A stretch of 64,000 nucleotides of DNA from an uncultured Pseudomonadota bacterium (GCA_902771695.1 CACXXP010000001.1:45862-109861), one strand, 5' to 3'; positions 1 to 8,778 are shown, counted from the stretch's first letter. Translations and numbers: made by a program. Notes: generated from the letters alone by a model not told the origin.

Positions 1-2
1 GT

Positions 3-287
3 CCACTGGTAAACGGTTTAAAAAATTATGATGTAATACAACAAAAAATTGATCGTGCGATACAGAAAGCACAATCAGAAAGGCATGCCGCAGAACAGGC
101 GGAATTACAAAATGATGTCCCACAACAAAGTGTAAAAAAAGACCTGTTTTCTGGGTTTAATATGGGCGGTAATTCGCATGCATCGGCATCAGAGAAAAAA
201 CCGAAAAACATTGTGCAAGAACCGATTGAGGTAATGCAAAAAGAAGACAATGTTCACACAGATTCGCAGAAATCCAAAAACAAATGA
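3..287 (+). pseudogene. N-terminal part, running in from upstream of the window, of a Lys/Glu-rich repeat protein in frame 3. It appears to continue in frame 1 as ORF 250..879, so a frameshifted gene or two adjacent paralogous fragments.
   Basis: Frame 3 is open from the window start to the TGA at 285-287. The motif FSGFNMGGNSHASAS recurs as FAGFNMGESLRAMAS in the 250..879 product. An A-rich homopolymer tract lies at the frame junction. Confidence 0.35.
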
Positions 288-879
288 CGAAATCATAGAT
301 AGTTTGGCGGGTGTGTTAAAACATCACAACGATCGTGATCCGGATTCGTTCAGAAAGATGATGTTTGAGATAAGAGATTTGTCAGAAAAAGGTATGCTGC
401 CCGAAGATATGAAACAGGAATATCGTGCTATCTTTGAACGGGTCAAAGAAATTGGTCCAGAAGGGAGTCGTGACGGTGCAAATCGTTTAAACAAGACCAT
501 CCTTGGGCAAATAGATGATTTAGAAAAACAAGGTAAGAAAAAACAAGAGCCAGGTAAGCAAAAGACAGAAGACAAATTTGCTGGATTTAATATGGGGGAA
601 TCACTTCGTGCGATGGCGTCAGGAAACAAACAAACAAAGGCAGATGTTTCGCAACGGCCAGCAGATGAGTTAAAACGCGAAGATAACATGCAAGAAGAAA
701 AGAAAAATCAAACAAAAGAACAGGAAAGACAGAATGCGTTAACTAATTTTGCCAAAGGAAATCAAAAAGTGCAAAATATGGATAATGAACGCGAAGGTAA
801 GAAAAAAGAACTTAATCAGGCGGCATTGGCGGCATACAGACGGCGGGTGCTGGAAGGGCGCGGAACATCAAATGTTTAA
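250..879 (+). CDS. Low-complexity Lys/Glu/Gln-rich hypothetical protein, possibly the C-terminal part of a frameshifted gene.
   Basis: 209-aa ORF with a strongly charged repeat composition. It shares the FxGFNMG motif with the upstream frame-3 ORF. Confidence 0.4.
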   Translation: MFTQIRRNPKTNDEIIDSLAGVLKHHNDRDPDSFRKMMFEIRDLSEKGMLPEDMKQEYRAIFERVKEIGPEGSRDGANRLNKTILGQIDDLEKQGKKKQEPGKQKTEDKFAGFNMGESLRAMASGNKQTKADVSQRPADELKREDNMQEEKKNQTKEQERQNALTNFAKGNQKVQNMDNEREGKKKELNQAALAAYRRRVLEGRGTSNV

Positions 880-1510
880 TGCAGATTGGTTTTTTGGTTT
901 AGAAAAACAAATACGCGAAATGGGCGCCGACAGTGACGCCCAATCTTTTGATGAAATTCGTGATATGTTATCGCATCCGCGGCGGTTTTCGTCCGATGAA
1001 TTTGCTGAAATGTGCGCGTATGTAATTTTGGCCGGTGGTTTTTCCCAGAAAACAGCAAAACGTGTTCATAGAAATATTATGGATTATATTTATAAAAATG
1101 GTGCAGATTTTGATGCATTGTTCCAAATATTTCATAATAAAAACAAGATAAATGCAATTTGTAAAATATGGGAAAAACGGGACGCGTTATGCGATGGTTT
1201 TTACGTGTGTGATACAGATTCCAGGCGTTTAGAATATCTTGCAAAATTACCACATATCGGAAAAATTACGGCAAATCATTTGGCGCGGAATTTGGGGGTT
1301 GATGTTGTTAAATATGATGTTTGGATACGACGCTTGGGGGCGCTGTACGCCGGAATTGGCCGTATAGATGAACATGGTAATTTAACAGATGATGTTAAAC
1401 AGGCGTGTGATGATATGTTTGCACATCTGGTGCATGATACTGGTTTACCACGTGGATACATAGATGTTGTTTTATGGAAAGCATCGCAAATTGGTTTGAT
1501 AAAGTTATAG
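872..1510 (+). CDS. HhH-GPD superfamily DNA glycosylase-like protein (EndoIII/MagIII-like).
   Basis: The internal Met at MFNADWFF is the likely start; the 749 start would overlap the previous ORF. It has a helix-hairpin-helix signature (LAKLPHIGKITANHLARNLGVDV) followed by an Asp-containing segment (VKYDVWIRRLG) resembling the EndoIII LPGVGRKTA..D motif. Confidence 0.45.
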   Translation: MFNADWFFGLEKQIREMGADSDAQSFDEIRDMLSHPRRFSSDEFAEMCAYVILAGGFSQKTAKRVHRNIMDYIYKNGADFDALFQIFHNKNKINAICKIWEKRDALCDGFYVCDTDSRRLEYLAKLPHIGKITANHLARNLGVDVVKYDVWIRRLGALYAGIGRIDEHGNLTDDVKQACDDMFAHLVHDTGLPRGYIDVVLWKASQIGLIKL

Positions 1511-1519
1511 GAAATAAAA

Positions 1520-2185
1520 ATGGATGTAAAAATAGAAGAATCTTGGAAACGTGTGTTGGCGGATGAATTTAATAAAGATTATTTTATTAAATTGACTGAT
1601 TTTGTTCGGGCGGAATATTTAGCGGGTAAAAAAATTTACCCGGCGGCAAAAAATATATTTAATGCATTTAATCTGTGTCCGTTTGATTCTGTGCGGGTTG
1701 TGATTATTGGTCAAGATCCGTATCATGAACCGGGCCAGGCGCATGGTCTGTGTTTTTCTGTGCCGGATGGTATCACGCCACCGCCATCATTGGTAAATAT
1801 TTACAAAGAAATTCAAGATGATTTGGGACGACCAAGTGCAACAAATGGTGATTTAACATCTTGGGCAGAGCAGGGGGTATTGTTGCTAAATTCCACACTG
1901 ACGGTTATGGCGCATTTGGCGGCATCGCATGCGGGACGCGGTTGGGAACAATTTACTGATGCGGTGATTCGTGCGATTGCCACCCAGAAAAGCGGTGTTG
2001 TTTATATGCTTTGGGGTTCGTATGCGCAAAAGAAAGCTGAATTTGTTGATGCCGATAAAAACCTGGTGCTTAAAAGTGTGCATCCATCGCCATTGTCTGC
2101 ATACAGGGGATTCTTTGGGTGTAAACATTTTTCCAAGGCAAATGAATACCTGGTCGCGCATGGGTCGGAACCGATAAATTGGTAG
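1520..2185 (+). CDS. ung: Uracil-DNA glycosylase (family 1).
   Basis: 221 aa. Contains the GQDPYH(EPGQAHGLCFSV) water-activating loop and an HPSPLS C-terminal motif typical of Ung. Confidence 0.9.
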   Translation: MDVKIEESWKRVLADEFNKDYFIKLTDFVRAEYLAGKKIYPAAKNIFNAFNLCPFDSVRVVIIGQDPYHEPGQAHGLCFSVPDGITPPPSLVNIYKEIQDDLGRPSATNGDLTSWAEQGVLLLNSTLTVMAHLAASHAGRGWEQFTDAVIRAIATQKSGVVYMLWGSYAQKKAEFVDADKNLVLKSVHPSPLSAYRGFFGCKHFSKANEYLVAHGSEPINW

Positions 2186-2187
2186 GG

Positions 2188-2748
2188 TTAAAAATTATAT
2201 GTCATTCCCAATCCATAGAACGCATATGAATAATTTTCTGGTGCTGTGTTTGCATTGGAAAAATGCTGTATAAAGAATTCCAGACCCCATTTTTGATTTA
2301 TATGCCATCCGGCCGTCAATTTAAATTGGAACAGTAATTTTGCCCCTAAACGTTCGTTTTCTTGGGCTTGCAGGCCTACACCTGCGCCCCCAGTGAAATA
2401 TACTTTTCTATAACTTGCCAACAAAACATCACCAGACAACAATACCATTGGAATCGTATAGTCATGCCAATGCCAACCATACTTGTTTCCAAACCCCAGT
2501 GTTTGACCGATGTTTAACGATTGGCGTGCCGGCAACCCAAAGAAAGTTGTTGGTTGCGAATATTGCAGATGCAAAAAGTAGAACGGTACAATCTGGGTCG
2601 GTGGCGGAACAATAAAGCCACTGTTGACGCCTTGGCCCAGATTAAATGTAATCTGATTTTTATATGTACCAGTCAGGGCATGATATTTTGTATCAGCCAA
2701 TGTTGGTAATGAAACCGCGCATAGTAAAATAGCAATAATTTTCTTCAT
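2188..2748 (-). CDS. Small outer-membrane beta-barrel protein (OmpW/PagL-like).
   Basis: Signal peptide MKKIIAILLCAVSLPTLA, alternating amphipathic beta-strand pattern, and a C-terminal aromatic residue (…GMTYNF), which is a hallmark of OMPs. Confidence 0.55.
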   Translation of the reverse strand: MKKIIAILLCAVSLPTLADTKYHALTGTYKNQITFNLGQGVNSGFIVPPPTQIVPFYFLHLQYSQPTTFFGLPARQSLNIGQTLGFGNKYGWHWHDYTIPMVLLSGDVLLASYRKVYFTGGAGVGLQAQENERLGAKLLFQFKLTAGWHINQKWGLEFFIQHFSNANTAPENYSYAFYGLGMTYNF

Positions 2749-2840
2749 CAGGCATATATTATACATTATTTTCTGCGAATTTCCAAATATGATAAAAATA
2801 TATTAAAAATCATAGTATTTATATATTGTTATGGAAATCC

Positions 2841-2868
2841 TTGCATTTGGAAAAATGTTTGTTATAAT
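2841..2868 (+). promoter_or_regulatory. Sigma70-like promoter for the tRNA(CAU).
   Basis: TTGCAT (2841-2846), a 16-nt spacer, then TATAAT (2863-2868), about 20 nt upstream of the mature tRNA 5' end. Confidence 0.5.
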
Positions 2869-2887
2869 TATGCGGTCATTTTGATAT

Positions 2888-2962
2888 GGCGGCGTAGCTC
2901 AGTGGTAGAGCAGAGGAATCATAATCCTTTGGTCAGGGGTCCGAATCCCTTCGCCGCTACCA
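2888..2962 (+). tRNA. tRNA with anticodon CAU: elongator Met or lysidine-modified Ile2 (not an initiator).
   Basis: A cloverleaf can be drawn by hand: acceptor GGCGGCG/CGCCGCU (G1·U72), D arm GCUC-AGUGGUA-GAGC, anticodon arm GAGGA-AUCAUAA-UCCUU (U33, C34A35U36, A37), T arm AGGGG-UCCGAAU-CCCUU, and an encoded CCA. The anticodon stem lacks the three G-C pairs of initiator tRNA. The variable loop UGGUC resembles tRNA-Ile2. Confidence 0.85.
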
Positions 2963-3011
2963 AAAATTCAACCCCGATTTATTCGGGGTTTAATTTTTTG
3001 TATAGTCGCGA
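2944..3011 (+). repeat. Direct repeat copy 1 (68 bp): the last 19 nt of the tRNA(CAU), the terminator hairpin and 12 nt more.
   Basis: Identical to 3120..3187 by direct reading. Confidence 0.8.
2970..2999 (+). terminator. Rho-independent terminator downstream of the tRNA(CAU).
   Basis: Hairpin AACCCCGATTTATTCGGGGTT followed by a T-run. Confidence 0.6.
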
Positions 3012-3119
3012 GTGGATGAGGCCCCCAGGGGCCGACACGATAGTTGACGAGAACGAGAGAAACGAAGTTCGAGTCTTACGAGTGGAAAGGGTTCCCGTTG
3101 CAAAGCAATGGGAATGTGC

Positions 3120-3187
3120 AATCCCTTCGCCGCTACCAAAAATTCAACCCCGATTTATTCGGGGTTTAATTTTTTGTATAGTCGCGA
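3120..3187 (+). repeat. Direct repeat copy 2 (68 bp): a partial tRNA 3' end plus terminator, 176 bp downstream of copy 1.
   Basis: AATCCCTTCGCCGCTACCAAAAATTCAACCCCGATTTATTCGGGGTTTAATTTTTTGTATAGTCGCGA is present twice. The 108 bp between the copies (3012-3119) is unique, GC-richer and contains the hairpin GAGGCCCCCAGGGGCC. Confidence 0.8.
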
Positions 3188-3289
3188 AAGATGCGTACCC
3201 CCAGTTCAATACGATATAATTCTATATAACACTATATAGTGGTTTGCACTAATAAAATTTATTAGTATACTGGGCATAAATAAGAGAAT

Positions 3290-4162
3290 ATGGTTATGGC
3301 AACAGAACAAGAATATTTAGATATTATCAAAGAAACTTTTCCAGAATTAGATATTAAAGATTTTTCTGTTTTGGGTAAGGGTAATTTAGCCACAACTTGT
3401 TTAGTTAATAAAAACATTGTTTTCAAAATTACAGGTACAAGTGAAAAAGCCCTTAAAGATACAGAACACGAAATATATCTTTTGAAACTGATAAACCATA
3501 ATTTGTCATTTAATATCCCTAAAATTCTTTATGACGGAAAAATAAAAAATGGTGGTTGGGTGTTCGGTGAAAATTTGTTGCCAGGGATTACTTATTCCAA
3601 AGAATTACATAACAGTTTTGATAAAGATACCCAGATAGATATTTTACGACAAATTGGCAAAATTATGCACGAATTACATTCTGTCAAAGTCAATGATGAT
3701 AACAAATTGTTATTCGTGGGTGATTATAAACAGAATATTGCTATGTTTAACGAATACTTTTCTGACAAAGTTAAACAATGTTTCTGTCCATCGGATATTG
3801 AAAGAATAAATGCTGTTCGTGAAAGATATGAATATCTTTCCACACATTATCCTGTTGAATTGGTTTTGGTGCACGCTGATATGCATTTTGGTAATTTTAT
3901 GTTTGATACAGACCACAAAAAGATTACCGGTTTAATAGATTTTGGTGCAGCACATTTTTCAGAACCAGCACGAGATATGCATTATTACTATGGCGAAGAT
4001 ATAAAACATATTTTAGAAGGTTATGGCGAAACCCAAGATACTTATTTACCAGAACGTCAAAAATTTCATTCTGTCACGAATTTTCTGGAAAATATAGGCG
4101 GATATATACAAGAAAATCTATACCCAGATAAAGAAATACAAAAACTGTTGAGCTTTTTATAG
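3290..4162 (+). CDS. Aminoglycoside/choline-kinase-family phosphotransferase (APH-like protein-kinase fold).
   Basis: 290 aa. Brenner motif HADMHFGNFMF (HxDxxxxN), a DFG-equivalent IDFGAAHF, and an N-terminal Gly-rich/Lys segment (VLGKGNLATT…VFKI). The gene is AT-rich compared with its neighbours. Confidence 0.7.
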   Translation: MVMATEQEYLDIIKETFPELDIKDFSVLGKGNLATTCLVNKNIVFKITGTSEKALKDTEHEIYLLKLINHNLSFNIPKILYDGKIKNGGWVFGENLLPGITYSKELHNSFDKDTQIDILRQIGKIMHELHSVKVNDDNKLLFVGDYKQNIAMFNEYFSDKVKQCFCPSDIERINAVRERYEYLSTHYPVELVLVHADMHFGNFMFDTDHKKITGLIDFGAAHFSEPARDMHYYYGEDIKHILEGYGETQDTYLPERQKFHSVTNFLENIGGYIQENLYPDKEIQKLLSFL

Positions 4163-4189
4163 TATCTAATTAAATACGCTGATATTTCT

Positions 4190-5974
4190 TTATTCCTGTA
4201 AGAATCCGCCAGATTGCATTTTCCAAAGGTTTGCATAGTGGCCTTTCTTGCGCAGTAGTGATTGGTGCGTGCCGGATTCAATAACGTGCCCTTTGTCTAA
4301 TACAATGATTCTGTCCATGTTTCGCAATGTAGACAAGCGGTGAGCAATAGCAATGGTTGTATGCCCCTTGGCCAGTTTTTCAAAAGAATTCTGAATCGCG
4401 ACTTCGGTTTCGCTATCCAATGCAGAGGTTGCCTCGTCCAATATCAATAGTGGCGCATTTTTCAAAAATGCCCGTGCGATTGCCACGCGTTGTCGTTGCC
4501 CACCAGATAATTTTATACCGCGGTCGCCAACCATTGATTCGTATTTCTTTTCTGCGGCATTTATAAAATCGTCTGCGGCGGCTTTACGTGCAGCATTGTG
4601 GATTTCTGTATTTGTTGCATCAGGTTTGCCATATGCAATATTTTCACGCAACGTGCGGTTAAACATCGTTGGGTCTTGTGGAATAAAAGATATTGCGTTT
4701 CGTAAAGAATTTTGTGTGACATTTTTTATGTCTTGACCGTCTATCAGTATTTGGCCATGTGTCGGGTCATAAAAACGCATTAACAGATTTACCAATGTTG
4801 TTTTCCCAGCCCCAGATGTGCCAACCAACCCAACGCGTTCGCCAGCTTTGATGGTTAAATTCAAATCCCGCAGTACATATTTTCTTTTGTATTTAAAAGA
4901 TACGTTTTTGAATTCAATTTTCCCATGTGATAAAACCAATGGCTGTGCGTTCGGGGCATCCACGATGTCTATGGGTTGATTTAATTCTGAATATGAATGC
5001 AACGCAGATCCGATTGTATCAACCAATCTTGGAATTGTTCTGGCTATATATCCAATATTTCCTTGAACAATTTGATACACTGATAATGTGAAAACTATTT
5101 CACTGACCTTGATATTACCACGCATATAAAGCACAAGCATTAAAACCAGAACCGCGCCAAACAATATGTCCCACAAAAACATCGGGATAATCCACATAAT
5201 ACGTTGAAGAAATGATGACTTTATTTGGTCTTTTAGATTTTTTATACGCAATGGTTCAAGGTAATTATCTTCGTGTTTTGCGCCATTGAATAATTTAACA
5301 ATTGAAAATCCAGATATAGAATCAACAATGTGGCCTGATAAATGTGATGATGATTCAGATGCCGTTTGTGATGCCTTGGTGACCGGTTTCATCATTGCAA
5401 CAGAATAAACAATGCGGAATATAAAAGACCCCAGCAATACAAACGCAACATATTTATTTATGCTTAATACCAAACCCATATTTAATAATATTACGCCCAT
5501 TGTGGATATGATTGCCGTAAAGTCGAATACTGTTTCAAATCCACTTGTAATATAATTTATCTGGCTGTTTATTTTTCCAGGAATTCTGTTGTTATAAAAA
5601 GTGATTGATTGTGAATGAACATAGTTGGTTAATGTTTCACTGATATTCTTTTTGGCACGCGGTTTCCAATGTGCAGCCATTTGTTCATGAACTGTGTTCA
5701 TAAGGTCAAACACCAAAAACAGCGATATAATAATACCTATGGTTATTAAACCATGTTCAAAAAATCCGTCGCCCCCAATTCCGTTTTCAAATAATGCGAC
5801 AATTTTTTGTTGTGACATGGGCCACCATGTAGAATTTGCAATATCCCAAACAATAAACAAAAGTGCCCATGTAACAAGAAGCCAACGCATTGGTTTCGCG
5901 GCATATTTAAAATAAAATTTCCACAGCGATTTTGGCAATATTTCATTGCCAGTTGATGTTTTTTTGGCTTTCAT
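4190..5974 (-). CDS. ABC transporter, fused permease and ATPase (MsbA/lipid-exporter-like).
   Basis: 594 aa with six N-terminal TM helices. Walker A GTSGAGKTT, signature LSGGQRQRVAIARA, Walker B LLILDEATSALD. Confidence 0.85.
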   Translation of the reverse strand: MKAKKTSTGNEILPKSLWKFYFKYAAKPMRWLLVTWALLFIVWDIANSTWWPMSQQKIVALFENGIGGDGFFEHGLITIGIIISLFLVFDLMNTVHEQMAAHWKPRAKKNISETLTNYVHSQSITFYNNRIPGKINSQINYITSGFETVFDFTAIISTMGVILLNMGLVLSINKYVAFVLLGSFIFRIVYSVAMMKPVTKASQTASESSSHLSGHIVDSISGFSIVKLFNGAKHEDNYLEPLRIKNLKDQIKSSFLQRIMWIIPMFLWDILFGAVLVLMLVLYMRGNIKVSEIVFTLSVYQIVQGNIGYIARTIPRLVDTIGSALHSYSELNQPIDIVDAPNAQPLVLSHGKIEFKNVSFKYKRKYVLRDLNLTIKAGERVGLVGTSGAGKTTLVNLLMRFYDPTHGQILIDGQDIKNVTQNSLRNAISFIPQDPTMFNRTLRENIAYGKPDATNTEIHNAARKAAADDFINAAEKKYESMVGDRGIKLSGGQRQRVAIARAFLKNAPLLILDEATSALDSETEVAIQNSFEKLAKGHTTIAIAHRLSTLRNMDRIIVLDKGHVIESGTHQSLLRKKGHYANLWKMQSGGFLQE

Positions 5975-6042
5975 GATTTTTATTCCTGGATTATATCAAC
6001 CAGGAATTTTATCACATTTTTCCCGTATTTACAAATTTGTTA

Positions 6043-6585
6043 TCAATTGATTGTATTTACCCAGACCCTATGTTCGCCATGTCCATCAACAAAGCTGTCG
6101 GATATTTGTTCGCCACCGTACATTTTCATCAGACCCAATATTGCACGATATGATGCATTATTATTTACATCACATGTCATCAGTACACGTTTTAACCCCA
6201 ATTTTGCTGCCTGGGCCAAACAAAGTTTTATACCAATAAAGCCCGAATATTCACCCCGGTGTTTTGGTGCAATATTTGCGGCAATGTGCCCGCCCCATTG
6301 TTCCAATTTTGGGGTTAAACGGTGGCGTATACTGAAAGAACCAATAAATTCGTTGTCATCTAATAACCAATATCGGCTTTCTGGGACATATCCATCGGGC
6401 AGTTTTTCTTCATGTTCGTAATCGGCCAATTTTTGCAAATATTCGTCCGCTTTGTTATCTTGGATGGCCTGAATCAATGGATCTATGCCACCACGACCAA
6501 AGTGGTTATCATCGGATATATAATCATCCATGACCTGCACAAATGCCGGTAAATATTTTTTTGATGGTTTGACTAATCTTAACAT
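6043..6585 (-). CDS. GNAT-family N-acetyltransferase.
   Basis: 180 aa. The motif A-like segment GFIGIKLCLAQAAKLGLKRVLMTCDVNNNASYRAI fits the acetyl-CoA-binding core of GNATs. Confidence 0.55.
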   Translation of the reverse strand: MLRLVKPSKKYLPAFVQVMDDYISDDNHFGRGGIDPLIQAIQDNKADEYLQKLADYEHEEKLPDGYVPESRYWLLDDNEFIGSFSIRHRLTPKLEQWGGHIAANIAPKHRGEYSGFIGIKLCLAQAAKLGLKRVLMTCDVNNNASYRAILGLMKMYGGEQISDSFVDGHGEHRVWVNTIN

Positions 6586-6704
6586 TTTTATCTTTTTATT
6601 ACGTCAAGGATATTTTATCAGCAAATTAGATTTTTAGATAGAATTTTTTATTAAAATGTGCCGCCGTTTCATGTATTATATGTTTGGTAGAAAAGGGGGA
6701 AGTA

Positions 6705-7223
6705 ATGAAGGCATTGGTTGCATATTTTTCACATGTCGGGCAAAACTGGGTAGGTGGTGGTATTGTTAACCTGGTCAAAGGTAATACAGAAGTTGTTGCC
6801 GAATATATTCGTGATATCACAGGTGCGGATATGTTCAAGATAGAGTCCAAAAACGAATATCCAAGTAATTATGATGAATGTACCCATGTTGCCAAGGAAG
6901 AAAAAGCCAAAGATGTGCGACCAACGCTTAAAAAATTGCCGGCTGGTGATTTATCAGAATACGATGTTATTTTTGTGGGTGGACCGGTATGGTGGGGGAC
7001 ATATCCAATGGCGGTATTTACCTTTTTGGAACGTTATGATTTAGCTGGTAAAATAATTATGTCTTTTGTCACACACGAAGGTTCACATCTGGGGGAATGT
7101 GTGGACGATGTTAAAGAGTTGTTGAAAAATTCTGATGTAAAACCTGGATTGGCGTTATATGGATCAAATGTTGCCGATTCGCGCACCATGATTGAAAAAT
7201 GGATAAAAGATTGTCTGGGGTAA
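6705..7223 (+). CDS. Flavodoxin-like FMN-binding protein.
   Basis: Start taken at the Met preceded by the RBS AAAAGGGGGAAG. KALVAYFSHVGQNW…VIFVGGPVWWG is the typical flavodoxin-like-fold FMN-binding pattern. Confidence 0.6.
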   Translation: MKALVAYFSHVGQNWVGGGIVNLVKGNTEVVAEYIRDITGADMFKIESKNEYPSNYDECTHVAKEEKAKDVRPTLKKLPAGDLSEYDVIFVGGPVWWGTYPMAVFTFLERYDLAGKIIMSFVTHEGSHLGECVDDVKELLKNSDVKPGLALYGSNVADSRTMIEKWIKDCLG

Positions 7224-7903
7224 AAAATTATATCTTAAATCGTCTGTATGCGTTGCAAGATAATGCATACAAGGATTTTCAGTCGTCATTGTTGCCGACA
7301 ATCTGTGCAAAAAATATAATTGGTGTACGGACGCCAGAATTGCGCAGTTTGGCAAAAGAAGTTATACATGGCGGCATGATGGACGATTTTATTTTATCTG
7401 TGCCGCATAATTTTTTTGAAGAAAACCAATTGCATGCATTTATTATATCTGAAATTCGTGATTTTGATTCGGCGGTGCGTGCGATTGATAAATTCTTGCC
7501 ATATGTTGATAATTGGGCCACATGTGACCAGATGTCACCAAAAATTTTTGCCAAAAACACCGGAAAATTGTTACCGTATATCAAAAAATGGATTAAATCA
7601 AAACATGTCTATACGGTGCGTTTTGCGGTGTTGTGCCTGATGCGGTATTTCTTGGATGAATTGTTTGATACCAAATATGCAGATATGGTCGCATGTATTA
7701 AATCAGATGAATATTACATAAATATGATGCGTGCATGGTATTTTGCGACCGCCGCCGCGAAGCAATACAGTAATATTTTGCCGTATTTTCAGAATAATAG
7801 TATAGATTCATGGACGCATAATCGTGCAATTCAGAAATCAATAGAATCGTATCGCATTCCGCCAGAACACAAAGCAGAATTGAAAAAATATAAAATCAGT
7901 TGA
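7199..7903 (+). CDS. DNA alkylation repair protein (AlkD/AlkC-like HEAT-repeat family).
   Basis: 234 aa, all-helical. Family-typical N-terminus (…NRLYALQDNAYKDFQSSLLPTICAKNIIGVRTPELRSLAKE…), similar to PF08713 members. Confidence 0.6.
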   Translation: MDKRLSGVKNYILNRLYALQDNAYKDFQSSLLPTICAKNIIGVRTPELRSLAKEVIHGGMMDDFILSVPHNFFEENQLHAFIISEIRDFDSAVRAIDKFLPYVDNWATCDQMSPKIFAKNTGKLLPYIKKWIKSKHVYTVRFAVLCLMRYFLDELFDTKYADMVACIKSDEYYINMMRAWYFATAAAKQYSNILPYFQNNSIDSWTHNRAIQKSIESYRIPPEHKAELKKYKIS

Positions 7904-7928
7904 AAAAATAGGGCGGGGCGGTTTTTGC

Positions 7929-7956
7929 TTGATTTTTTTCCAGATGTCCGTATAAT
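7929..7956 (+). promoter_or_regulatory. Sigma70-like promoter for tRNA-Thr.
   Basis: TTGATT (7929-7934), a 16-nt spacer, then TATAAT (7951-7956), 22 nt upstream of the tRNA. Confidence 0.45.
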
Positions 7957-7977
7957 TTGCCCGTGATTTTACGAATT

Positions 7978-8051
7978 GCCCTAATAGTCTAGTGGTAAAA
8001 CACGTCCTTGGTAAGGACGAGTCGCAAGTCCGATTCTTGCTTAGGGCACCA
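7978..8051 (+). tRNA. tRNA-Thr (anticodon GGU).
   Basis: Acceptor GCCCUAA/UUAGGGC, D arm AGUC-UAGUGGUAA-AACA, anticodon arm CGUCC-UUGGUAA-GGACG (U33, G34G35U36), T arm GCAAG-UCCGAUU-CUUGC, and an encoded CCA. Confidence 0.8.
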
Positions 8052-8082
8052 TTGAAAACTTATCTGTTTTTAGGAAATAATC

Positions 8083-8628
8083 ATGATAAAAGTATACCCA
8101 TCTGAAGTAATCGGTAAAGATATCAAATTGGTTAAATTGGCGCCAACGATTGAAAATTTAAGGGTTGTTTTTGATATTATTGTTGCCAATCGTGAAGAAT
8201 TTAGACCATGGTTGGAATGGACTGATTCTGTGCAAAAACCAGAAGATGAGTTGCCTCTTTTAGAAGGGGATAAAGATTCTGCGGAATGGTTTATTAAATG
8301 GAATAATACTATTGTTGGCAGAATAGGGTTTGTTAAATTATCCGAAAAAAATAATTTAGGCGAAGTAGGTTATTACCTGGATAAAAATGCCGGTGGACGT
8401 GGTATAATGACAGCGGCATTTGAGTTGCTTGAAAAGAACGCATTTGAAAATTGGGGATTCAACAGAATCGAAGTAAAAATAGACCCTGATAATAAAAAAT
8501 CTTTGGGTGTGGTAAAGCGTCTGAATTATACCCAAGAGGGTGTTTTACGCCAAGATCATTTCATAAATGGTGTATACCGTGATACACTGTTGTTTTCCAA
8601 ATTGAAATCGGAATATAAATCAAAATAA
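8083..8628 (+). CDS. GNAT-family N-acetyltransferase (RimJ/RimL-like).
   Basis: 181 aa. Core GRIGFVKL…GEVGYYLDKNAGGRGIMTAAFELL…NRIEVKIDPDNKKSLGVVKRLNYTQEG. The C-terminal …FSKLKSEYK is shared with the GNAT at 61087..61653. Confidence 0.7.
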   Translation: MIKVYPSEVIGKDIKLVKLAPTIENLRVVFDIIVANREEFRPWLEWTDSVQKPEDELPLLEGDKDSAEWFIKWNNTIVGRIGFVKLSEKNNLGEVGYYLDKNAGGRGIMTAAFELLEKNAFENWGFNRIEVKIDPDNKKSLGVVKRLNYTQEGVLRQDHFINGVYRDTLLFSKLKSEYKSK

Positions 8629-8696
8629 TTTGGCCAAAACAAAAATAAGTTGAAATTCAAGATTTTAGGTTATAAGATTCTCCTATACAGTTTTTA

Positions 8697-8778
8697 GGCG
8701 GTTATGTTGATGTGACCAACAACCACGGATTACTGTTTAAAAACAAAAAAGTGATAAATTTCGGGTGGCACCGCGCAT
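8697..8778 (+). repeat. Approximately 80-bp repeat copy A, upstream of the small ORFan at 8878.
   Basis: GGCGGT(TATGT)TGATGTGACCAACAACCACGGA…AAAAACAAAAAAGTGATAAATT(T)CGGGTGGCACCGCGCAT is shared with 9303..9378. Confidence 0.8.

Noticed and set aside
749-1510. Upstream start at 749 for the HhH-GPD-like gene, giving 253 aa.
   Set aside because: The first 41 codons overlap the 250..879 ORF in another frame and encode a basic, low-complexity peptide. The Met at 872 gives a compact 8-nt overlap typical of this genome.
3012-3119. The 108-bp unique segment between the tRNA repeats, considered as a possible tmRNA piece or degenerate tRNA.
   Set aside because: No tag-peptide reading frame, no tRNA-Ala-like acceptor (G3·U70, GCUCCACCA) and no canonical T-loop could be found. 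It is kept only as part of the repeat finding.
2881-3219. 112-aa six-frame ORF spanning the tRNA(CAU) and the repeat region.
   Set aside because: It reads straight through a cloverleaf tRNA gene, its terminator and the duplicated segment. It has no RBS and its sequence is dictated by the RNA elements, so it is spurious.
8697-8778. Possible relation between the 80-bp repeat (its reverse complement contains GTGGTTGTTGG) and the terminal inverted repeat of the 32.5-kb unit (GTGGTTGTGGGG).
   Set aside because: Only an 8-nt identical core with flanking mismatches, which is within chance expectation.
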